Shown: piece by piece, positions 56,568 to 64,000 of the stretch
Position numbering within the stretch: the stretch's first letter is position 1
How the letters are laid out: every line of letters starts with the position of its first letter
Assembly: GCA_000004985.1 (NCBI GenBank)
Contig: GG738879.1
Strand: one strand, 5' to 3'
Source: Naegleria gruberi
Taxonomy: Eukaryota
DNA length: 64,000 bases
Translations under genes and position numbers: made by a program
Notes under the pieces: model-generated
Seen by the model: the letters and a program-made list of their open reading frames with translations, nothing else
The model's database searches: none
What the model was told of the DNA's origin: nothing

Positions 56568-57026
56568 ATGGGCCGTATGCATGGTGCCGGTAACGGTAAA
56601 TCTCAATCTGTCATTCCATACAGAAGATCTCCACCAACATGGTTGAAGGTTACTGCTGAAGAAGTTGAAGACAAGATTGTCAAGCTCGCCAGAAAGGGTT
56701 ACACTCCATCACAAATTGGTGCTATCTTGAGAGATTCCGACGGTATTGGTAGAGTCAAGTCTGTCACTGGTAAGAAGATCTTGAGAATGCTCAAGTCTAA
56801 TGGTTTGGCCCCAGAAATCCCAGAAGATTTGTACCAATTGATCAAGAAGGCTGTTGGTATCAGAAAGCACTTGGAAAAGACCAGAAAGGATAGAAAGGCT
56901 AAGTACCAATTGATTCTCTGTGAATCTAAGGTCCACAGACTTTCAAGATACTACAAGAGCACTAAGGTTTTGGCTCCAAACTGGAAGTATGAAAGCGCAA
57001 CTGCTGAAGCTTTGATCAATGCTTAA
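56568..57026 (+). CDS. RPS13: 40S ribosomal protein S13 (uS15)
   Basis: [27 protein letters not shown]...[20 protein letters not shown] over full length; GC3-biased yeast-like codons typical of highly expressed genes. An upstream GTAAGT...CGTACAG element (about 56507..56563) may be a 5'UTR intron. The track start at 56481 is upstream of the real ATG. Confidence 0.9.
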   Translation: MGRMHGAGNGKSQSVIPYRRSPPTWLKVTAEEVEDKIVKLARKGYTPSQIGAILRDSDGIGRVKSVTGKKILRMLKSNGLAPEIPEDLYQLIKKAVGIRKHLEKTRKDRKAKYQLILCESKVHRLSRYYKSTKVLAPNWKYESATAEALINA

Positions 57027-57179
57027 ATTTTAATCACTATAAAAAAACAAATATTTAAAATTCAACAATTTACAAATTTATGCAATTTTTCAGAATGTTA
57101 TTTCTTTTTGAACTTATTTTTACCTTCACATCTTGAAAGATTTCGACTTAGTTTGTGTTACAACCAAGAAATGGATTTA

Positions 57180-60100
57180 TTAAAGATATTTGACTAATAA
57201 CTTGACATCATGAACTTGTTTGTTAATTCTATAAAATGGTCTTAATGTTCTACCCAATAATTCAAGTTGTTCATCTTCTCCTTGTTTGAAAATGAAATAC
57301 TTGTAACAATCAATTGGATTCCATTTCAAATTCAAATCACAAATTAATTGAGATTCTTCCAAGGTTGATTCATTGAATGACTTAGTAATTTCAACTTGTT
57401 CAATTGGTTTCAAGTTCAAATCTAACAATTTTTCACCAATATTCAAATAACCTAATTTCATTGCATAATAATCTTCTTCATTACTATCAATAATGGAATG
57501 TTCATCAGAAGGTGATGGAGTTGAATCACTTTGAATACAATCAATATAAATATTTGTAATTTCATCATCGAATTCAATAATATTATTCAAAGAATAAGTT
57601 TTTAATATCCAACCACCATTCATCATTTCAGATTTAACATTTTGATCCATTTTACTCAAATCAATTAAACCTAATTTTACAGTTTCAATTAATAAATGTA
57701 AAGAAGAATATTTTTCATTAAATTCATTACTATATTTAAATGCATATTGAATATTTGTTATATTATTATTTAAATTATTATTTAAATTATTTAATTTAAT
57801 ACTAGTTTTAAATAATTTAAATCTTGTTAATTTTACTTCATCTTGATTAAATTTTCCATAAAATTCTAAACAATTTCCACCTAAAAAGGAATCTAAATAA
57901 TTAAAATTCCAATTAATTGAATATTCTTGTCCAATATTTAAAATTTTATAATTTCTAAAATTAGGTAATAAATCTTGTTCAGAAATATCATTCCATTTTA
58001 ATACATTTTGATTATTTCCATAAATGTAATAATTTAATCCAACACCTGAATTAAAAAATGTTGAAAATAAATTTTTAATTAATTTTTCATTTAAATAATT
58101 TGAATTATTTTCATTTTTACTTTTTAATTTTAAATTTAAAGAACAATTTGAAATTCTTGATCCAAAATTTCCCGCCCAATTTTCAACATCCTTTCCACCA
58201 TGTTCCCAAATTATTGTTTTAATTAAATTTATATTTTTTAAAATAAAATTAAAATTAATACATTTCCAATTAGAGTTACAAATAATTTCACCAGAATTAA
58301 ATTCTTTAATAATTTTATCATTTTTATCTAAAAATTTAATTTTTAAATAAAATAAATCTTGACAATTTGGTTCAGTTCCTTTTATCCAACATTTTGCATT
58401 TAAAATTAAATTATTTAAATTATTATTATTTCCATTTATATCAATTTCATTTAATATAAAAGGTAAATTAATTAATTGTTCCATTTTTGACCAATTAAAA
58501 GATGAAATAAAAGATTTTGATTGATTAAAATCATTATTTAAAGATTTAATCCAATTTCCATTTATATTCCAACCTTCAAATTCATTTAATTGTCCATTTC
58601 CATTTTTTAATAATTCAATAATTTTATAATTTCCATTCCAAAATAAATTTTCAATATTTTCATATTCATTTCTAATTAAATTTAAATTTTCAATATTTTC
58701 TAAATTTGTAAAATTATTAAAATAATTTTCATAAATAAAACCTGGAGCAAATAAGGCAATAGATGTTTCATATTTGTTAATTTCATTTAATGCTATTTTA
58801 GTATTAAATTGTCCACCACCATATTGTCCTCTACCAAATATATCTATACCTGTAAATATTTTATATTTATTTAATTTTTTATTTAATTTTAAATTATTTT
58901 CTATTAAAATATTTTGTAATAGATTTAAATTATTTAAATTATTATTATTTTGTAAATTATTTTCTAATAAATTAATAAAATTATTTAAATTAATTAAAGA
59001 ATTATTTAACATTTCAGGTTTCCAATTATAATTTAAAAAAATTCCATCACTTTCATTTAAAAAAATTAAATTTTTTTCATTTAATTCATTTTGCCATTTT
59101 AATTCTCCATTTGGATAAATAATTGAATCATACCAAATTATTTTAGAATTTTTAATTAATTCTTTACATTTTAATTTTAAATATTTAATAAAATTAATTA
59201 ATTTTAAACATAAATCTTGATTTAAATTACATTCTATATTTAGAAACCATCCATCAAATTTATAATAAATTGCTAAATTTATCAAATAATCAGCAAATTG
59301 TTCATAATTTCCATTTAAAATTTTAGAAATTTCTTTACTTCCTTCATCCCATTCAAAAATTAAATTTCCTAAAACTAAAATTCCATTTTTATGTGCAATT
59401 TCAGTCCAACCAACAGGTGGTATTGTAATTCTATTTAATATTTAATATATTTAATATTATATAATATTTAATATTTAAAATAAATTTAAAAAATAAAAAA
59501 AACAAACCTTTCATGACTAAAATAAATAAAAATATCAACAAATTGCCAATAATTAAAATTAAAAGTTAAAAAATCATTTCCACTTTGAATAAATTTATCA
59601 TTTAAATATCCACCTTTCATATCATGACATAAAATTACTTTTTGTCTATTTTTAGTAAAATTATTTTTAAAATTAATTTTAGCAATATTTAAATCATCTT
59701 TAAAATTAAATTCTTGATTAATTGAATAAATTGGTTCTGAAATTATTTTAAATGGTTCATTAGATATTTCTAAAGATGGAAATGAATAATTAAAATTAAA
59801 ATTAAAAATTTCATTTGAAAAATAAAAAAATAAATTTTGTAAAATTCCTTTAAATGGTTTTGAATTTTCTAATTTTGGTGGAATTATAAATGGATTAAAA
59901 TTATTTATAATTGAATTTAAATTATTAAAATTTAATTCTTGTTCATATTCTAATTTATTATATTTAGTAATTTTAATTAATAATTTATTTTTAAATATTA
60001 ATTGAATATGATACCATTTATATAAATTAAAATTATAATTAATTATTAAATCATTAATTATTAATTTGTTATTTAAATATGTTGATAATTTAATTAATAA

Positions 60101-60343
60101 ATCTCCTTTTTTTAAAATTGTAAAATAATTTGAATTTAATAATTCTAAAAAGTAAATTGAAAAGGAAATATTTAATGTAGATTCAGAATTAGAAATTATT
60201 ATTGGTGCATGAATTTTTAAATTTTCATTATTATTTGTAATAAAATTACATGATGGAAGTAAATTAATTAAATTTGATGGTAATGAAAGTTGTAGATGTG
60301 GATCGGATAGATGATCACTATCATTACTAATACTTTCATTCAT
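57180..60343 (-). CDS. Cytosolic endo-beta-N-acetylglucosaminidase (GH85, ENGase) with very large Asn-rich insertions; 2 exons complement(57180..59430, 59508..60343)
   Basis: GH85 core ...KVILCHDMKGGYLNDKFIQSGNDF...NYWQFVDIFIYFSHER | ITIPPVGWTEIAHKNGILVLGNLIFEWDEG...FDGWFLNIE is split by a 77-nt GTTTGT...AATAG intron. About 1028 aa. Coding DNA is about 80% A+T with NNLNNL-type runs. Confidence 0.75.
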
Positions 60344-60576
60344 TTTATTAGTATTATTATTATTAACAACTTGGTGATGAATGTGAAGAGGTTCACCAGC
60401 AAGCAAATCGAGAGATGATGTAAATTTTTTAGGCTTGATCTTTCAATACAATTTCAGCCTTGTTTTCGTAAGTACCCGGCAGAGAAGATAAAATTCAGTG
60501 TCAAACATAATTGGCGCCAATCAAACTACAACAACAACAATAACACTAAGAAGATTAAAAACAAAGAATTATAAAA

Positions 60577-61038
60577 ATGGCTGACGAAGTAACACAAAAG
60601 AAATTGAAGGAGGCTTTCAGATTATTTGAACGTGAGGGGTGTATTGAAGTGGATGATTTAGGTATTATTATGAGACACTTGAATCTTAATCCTACGGAAA
60701 AACAAATTTCTGCATTAAAAACTGAAATGGGTCCAAATGTTATTGATTACAATGTTTTTGAAGCAGTGATGAGTAAGATTGTCCTTACATCAACCTATGA
60801 TGGTGCAACTTTAACTTTGGACACTGAAGATCAATTATTAAGAGCTTTTGAAATTTTGGATCCGGAGAGGAATGGTTTAATTCCTTCAGAGAAATTGGTT
60901 CAATTACTCAAATCACAAGGAGAACCAATGACTGAAGAGGAAATTAATGAATTCCTTCAATTTGCTCAATCCAAAGATTCAGCAATCATTCGATATGAAG
61001 AGTATGTCAATTTGTTATGTAGTCATTTAAAGAAATAA
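60577..61038 (+). CDS. Calmodulin-like EF-hand protein (153 aa)
   Basis: EF-hand pairs (EAFRLFEREGCIEVDDLG...; LRAFEILDPERNGLIPSEKL...); ATAAAAATGG start; ordinary composition, unlike neighbours. Confidence 0.75.
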   Translation: MADEVTQKKLKEAFRLFEREGCIEVDDLGIIMRHLNLNPTEKQISALKTEMGPNVIDYNVFEAVMSKIVLTSTYDGATLTLDTEDQLLRAFEILDPERNGLIPSEKLVQLLKSQGEPMTEEEINEFLQFAQSKDSAIIRYEEYVNLLCSHLKK

Positions 61039-61073
61039 ACTATTATTATGATTATAAAATTTTTCTAGATGAT

Positions 61074-61394
61074 TTATTGAGTTTCACGCAAACGTCTAAT
61101 AGTAGATCTAACAGTAGCAGCAGCGACAGTGTTCAAAGTCCAGGCACCACCAGCTTGAGTCTTATTACACTTCTTGCAGTTCCAGATACCAACAGCAACT
61201 CTCTTAACGCTGTGCTTACCACAGAATTGACAGAAGTGCTTTTGCTTCTTGGCAATTTCGTATTTCTTGGCTCTCTTTCTCAAGTTAGCACCATATCTAG
61301 TACCGAATTTACCGCAAATACCTGCTTTCTTTGTTCTCTTGGCCTGTTATTGGTGTTACTATTTAAAAAAATAATGAGTACGAAAACTTACCAT
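61074..61394 (-). CDS. RPL37A: 60S ribosomal protein L37a (eL43); 2 exons complement(61074..61343, 61392..61394)
   Basis: ATG | 48-nt intron (GTAAGT...AACAG) | [89 protein letters not shown]; zinc ribbon CxxC...CxxC intact. Intron-after-ATG arrangement is common for ribosomal-protein genes. Confidence 0.85.
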
Positions 61395-61720
61395 CGTTAT
61401 GTTTTTGACTTTTTTTTTCAACAAAAATTTTTAAAACTTGTGGTTGTCTAGGCACTACATACTTTACAATGAAAATAATCTTCAGCAGCTTCAAAAATAT
61501 TCATCAAACAAATGTGAAGCAGTCATAACGGACATTCAGATAATCGGATCACTCAAGGAAACCTCTTGTGCCATTCATCATATTAACTATTATGTGCCAT
61601 TCATCATAACAATTACACTCTTCTTAAAACAAGAACAATGTTACTTTGAATCAAAATTAATTTACTTTAAAAAGAATTCACAGAACAGAATAATACACTT
61701 AAACCATTCCTTTTCTTCTT

Positions 61721-61960
61721 CTACTTTTTCTTAAAGAATGAACTGATAGATTGTTGTTTTGTACCACTATTACTAGCCTTGACCACAGACTTTTTAGTTG
61801 TTGCTGCTGTTTCCTTCTTCTTTTTAGATGCATCAGTTGTTGTTGCTGCTGTTGGTGCTTCGTCATCCTTCATGGCATTATCATGATCTTCATCATCCGA
61901 AGATAATTCGTAGTACACTATCATCATCATCAACAACATCAACAATATCATCACTTCCAT
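61721..61960 (-). CDS. Small acidic/basic ORF ending in a canonical PIP box (QQSISSFFKKK*); overlaps the 5' end of the Cdc6/Orc1 ORF antisense
   Basis: Minus-strand ...SSDDEDHDNAMKDDEAPTAATTTDASKKKKETAATTKKSVVKASNSGTKQQSISSFFKKK* is the only protein-like reading of 61721..61900 (other frames are stop-ridden). Possible starts at 61960 or the internal Met at 61873. Confidence 0.35.
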   Translation of the reverse strand: MEVMILLMLLMMMIVYYELSSDDEDHDNAMKDDEAPTAATTTDASKKKKETAATTKKSVVKASNSGTKQQSISSFFKKK

Positions 61961-63354
61961 GTAGAGAAAAGGAAATTGAACAAATTAAAACATCACTATC
62001 AAATTGTATACAATTATCATGTCCTAAAACAATGTACATTGCAGGAGAACCAGGTACAGGTAAAACAGCCTGTATTAAACAAGTATTAAATGATTTGGAA
62101 AATGAATATAATAATACATCATCAAATAATAGTAATAATAATAATAATAATAGTAAAAGTAATAGTAATAATAATAATATACATAAATTTAAATATATAT
62201 TTATTAATGCAATGAAATTAAATCAACCATTTAAAGCCTTTGAAATTATCTATGATCAAGTTATTAAAAATTCCAATAATAAATTAAAAATCAAGCCTAA
62301 AAAAGCGCAATATAAACCACGTATAGAAAATTATTTTAAAAATTCCAAAACATTTAACAAACGTAAATATTTAATTATAATAATAGATGAAATGGATTTT
62401 TTTGTAACAAAAACATCTAATAATACTAAAAATATACATTTATTATATGATTTAGTTGATATAACAAGAGATTCTAATAGTAAATTATGTATAATTGGAA
62501 TTAGTAATACAGTTTCATTATTAGATCAATTAAATAGTAAAATTAAAAGTAGATTTGATGAAATGATAACTTTTTTTCCATATGAAAATGATCAAATTAG
62601 AACAATAATTGAAAGTAAAATATTAACAAATTATGATAATTATTTTGAAAAGGGTGCAATTAAAATGATTGGTTCTTTAATTGCTAGAAAAGCAGGTGAT
62701 ATACGTCAAGCTATTGATATTATTAAAAGATGTATTGAAATTTATTCTATAAAAGGAAATTTACAAGAAAAGAAAATTGATTCTTTATTTGTTAAATCAA
62801 TTGCAACTGATTTTACAGATAGATATCCAATTTCACAATTAAGTATTTATCATAAAATATTTTTATATTGTACTATTTTGGAATATGAAATGAAATTAAA
62901 AAATTTAAAAGAAAATCAAAATTTAAATAATTATGAATCAAATCCAAATAATTTATTATTTGAACGTATTGTAATGAGATTTCAAAATTTATTAGCAATG
63001 TTTGAAAATTCAATGAATATAAATAGTATTACTACTACTACTACCACTTTCAATAATAGTAATAATAATAATTTAAATAATAATAATAATAGTACTTCCA
63101 ATAATAATAGTAATAATTCAATGAATAATAATAATTTAAATAATTCCAATAATATAAAATATTCATTTATAAATCCAAGTTTAGATCAATTACAATTAAT
63201 AATGTTTACATTATGTGAATTGGGAATAATTTCAATTGATAATGATAAAAGAGAACGTTTACCAATTATACATTTTGAAACTGAATATCAATTATTATTA
63301 TTTAATTTAGAACAAGATGATGAAATGAAACCAATTATGAAATTAAATAAATAA
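61828..63354 (+). CDS. Cdc6/Orc1-family AAA+ replication initiator with Asn-rich insertions and C-terminal winged helix
   Basis: LPCREKE motif, Walker A GEPGTGKT, Walker B IIIIDEMD, sensor and C-terminal region; about 80% A+T with long (AAT)n Asn runs. The first 25 residues of the track ORF (MHQLLLLLLVLRHPSWHYHDLHH) look like antisense noise of the overlapping minus-strand ORF, so the true 5' end is unresolved. Confidence 0.7.
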   Translation: MHQLLLLLLVLRHPSWHYHDLHHPKIIRSTLSSSSTTSTISSLPCREKEIEQIKTSLSNCIQLSCPKTMYIAGEPGTGKTACIKQVLNDLENEYNNTSSNNSNNNNNNSKSNSNNNNIHKFKYIFINAMKLNQPFKAFEIIYDQVIKNSNNKLKIKPKKAQYKPRIENYFKNSKTFNKRKYLIIIIDEMDFFVTKTSNNTKNIHLLYDLVDITRDSNSKLCIIGISNTVSLLDQLNSKIKSRFDEMITFFPYENDQIRTIIESKILTNYDNYFEKGAIKMIGSLIARKAGDIRQAIDIIKRCIEIYSIKGNLQEKKIDSLFVKSIATDFTDRYPISQLSIYHKIFLYCTILEYEMKLKNLKENQNLNNYESNPNNLLFERIVMRFQNLLAMFENSMNINSITTTTTTFNNSNNNNLNNNNNSTSNNNSNNSMNNNNLNNSNNIKYSFINPSLDQLQLIMFTLCELGIISIDNDKRERLPIIHFETEYQLLLFNLEQDDEMKPIMKLNK

Positions 63355-63405
63355 TATTTTTTGAACATCACATTAATATAATTTATTTGTTCTTTTTGTA
63401 ATAAA

Positions 63406-64000
63406 TTATAATTCATCTTTATTTTCTAAAGCAATAATTGAATTTGTCTCATCAGATAATTTCCATTCCATATTATTTTTATCATTTTTATCATTTTTAT
63501 CATTTCCATTATTTTCATTTTCATTATTTTCATTTCCATTTTCATTATTATTTAAATTAGATGAAGGTAATAAAAGTTTAAAAGGAATGTCTAAACATAA
63601 ATGTTCAATCATTTCTCTTCTTTGTGGATCATGTTCTAATTGTTGATATTTATAAATTCTTAAAGTAGCTTCATGTGTACCATTTAAAATGGAATATAAA
63701 GGTCTTTCTATATTAATATGATATGTTTTGTTTAAATTTATAATTGGACAATTTGAATCTTGTAATTTACAATTAATTTCTAAATTATTTTTAGATTGGT
63801 TTCCTAAAAAAGAACCACAACAAATATCATATGGTCCTTTATATTTAATTTTTTGACCTGTTTCTTCATGCCATAATTCTAAATTATAAAATAAATGATT
63901 AGTTTCCATAATTGGTTCATTAAATTTAATATCCATTTCAATTTTAACACCAGGTGTATTATATCTAGTAGGTACAATTGTTAAATGTGAAGTAATTAAT
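63406..64000 (-). CDS. Hypothetical protein, 3' part only (gene continues beyond window end); very A+T-rich with N/E/K-rich tail
   Basis: Minus-strand reading stays open through 64000 (...YNTPGVKIEMDIKFNEPIMETNHLFYNLELWHEETGQKIKYKGPYDICCG...). Confidence 0.45.
   Translation of the reverse strand, partial: LITSHLTIVPTRYNTPGVKIEMDIKFNEPIMETNHLFYNLELWHEETGQKIKYKGPYDICCGSFLGNQSKNNLEINCKLQDSNCPIINLNKTYHINIERPLYSILNGTHEATLRIYKYQQLEHDPQRREMIEHLCLDIPFKLLLPSSNLNNNENGNENNENENNGNDKNDKNDKNNMEWKLSDETNSIIALENKDEL

Noticed and set aside
9570-56568. Track start coordinates such as 11591, 14655, 15022, 19640, 21263, 32745, 40336 and 52707
   Set aside because: These 'M' residues are GTG/TTG codons; the ORF track evidently allows alternative starts. 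True ATG starts, or splice acceptors, lie elsewhere.
61828-61905. N-terminal 25 residues of the Cdc6/Orc1 track ORF (MHQLLLLLLVLRHPSWHYHDLHH) as genuine protein
   Set aside because: This is the reverse reading of the acidic minus-strand ORF; the real Cdc6 N-terminus probably starts later or comes from another exon.
1-64000. tRNA, rRNA, CRISPR arrays, transposons, LTRs, reverse transcriptase or transposase ORFs
   Set aside because: Scanned by eye for T-loop GTTCGA boxes, long inverted or direct repeats and RT/integrase motifs. None found beyond the short duplications reported.
57100-64000. Interpreting the A+T-rich 3' block as foreign (chimeric assembly or horizontal transfer)
   Set aside because: Start contexts (AAAAATG), intron style (GTTTGT...AG) and tight convergent packing are the same as elsewhere in the window, and ordinary-composition RP genes are interleaved. 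Kept only as a caveat inside the composition finding.

Overview
This window is gene-dense, AT-rich eukaryotic nuclear DNA read with the standard genetic code. I estimate about 35 protein-coding genes on both strands, with no rRNA, tRNA or CRISPR array and no obvious transposons.

Gene structure is consistent across the window. Introns are few and very short, roughly 34-140 nt, with GTAAGT, GTATGT, GTAGGT or GTTTGT donors and AG acceptors. One intron carries a perfect TACTAAC branch site. Start codons usually sit in an A-rich AAAAATG context. Convergent gene pairs are packed stop-to-stop with 0-30 nt between them. The supplied ORF track clearly accepts GTG and TTG as starts, because several of its 'M' residues are GTG or TTG codons. 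Many true genes are therefore split over two or more track ORFs by short introns. I re-joined them by reading the splice sites, so intron coordinates are hand-derived and may be off by 1-2 nt.

The products I recognise are:
- a giant protein of more than 3100 aa, function unknown;
- a CaMKK-like kinase;
- proteasome alpha-2;
- a SUN-domain protein;
- SNAPIN;
- a hydin/CFAP221-like ASH-domain protein;
- a catalytically degenerate TBC-domain coiled-coil protein;
- a multi-pass transmembrane adenylyl cyclase with a PAS domain and a single cyclase-homology domain;
- a PB1-UBA protein resembling p62/NBR1;
- a large beta-propeller/alpha-solenoid protein;
- a run of small mitochondrial-type genes (LYR protein, twin Cx9C protein, presequence membrane protein);
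- a 7TM protein;
- cyclophilin-40;
- a CDKL-type kinase;
- a Cdh1/Fizzy-related APC/C activator;
- a CCDC39-like axonemal coiled-coil protein;
- RNA polymerase III subunit C11;
- a ROMO1/Mgr2-like mini-gene absent from the ORF track;
- an ankyrin-repeat kinase;
- a Myb protein;
- a JAZ-zinc-finger/dsRBD protein;
- ribosomal proteins S13 and L37a;
- a GH85 endo-beta-N-acetylglucosaminidase;
- a calmodulin-like EF-hand protein;
- a Cdc6/Orc1 AAA+ protein.

The ciliary genes (ASH-domain protein, CCDC39) point to a flagellated, AT-rich protist or lower eukaryote, perhaps an amoeboflagellate. I cannot assign the species.

The points most worth a second look are these:
- the PAS-linked sensor adenylyl cyclase;
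- a sharp jump to about 80% A+T with Asn-rich low complexity in the last ~7 kb (ENGase, Cdc6/Orc1 and the final gene), interleaved with ribosomal-protein genes of ordinary composition;
- an antisense small ORF ending in a canonical PIP box that overlaps the 5' end of Cdc6/Orc1;
- a duplicated fragment of the proteasome first exon sitting in its own promoter;
- a kinase stop codon embedded in a 5' splice site.
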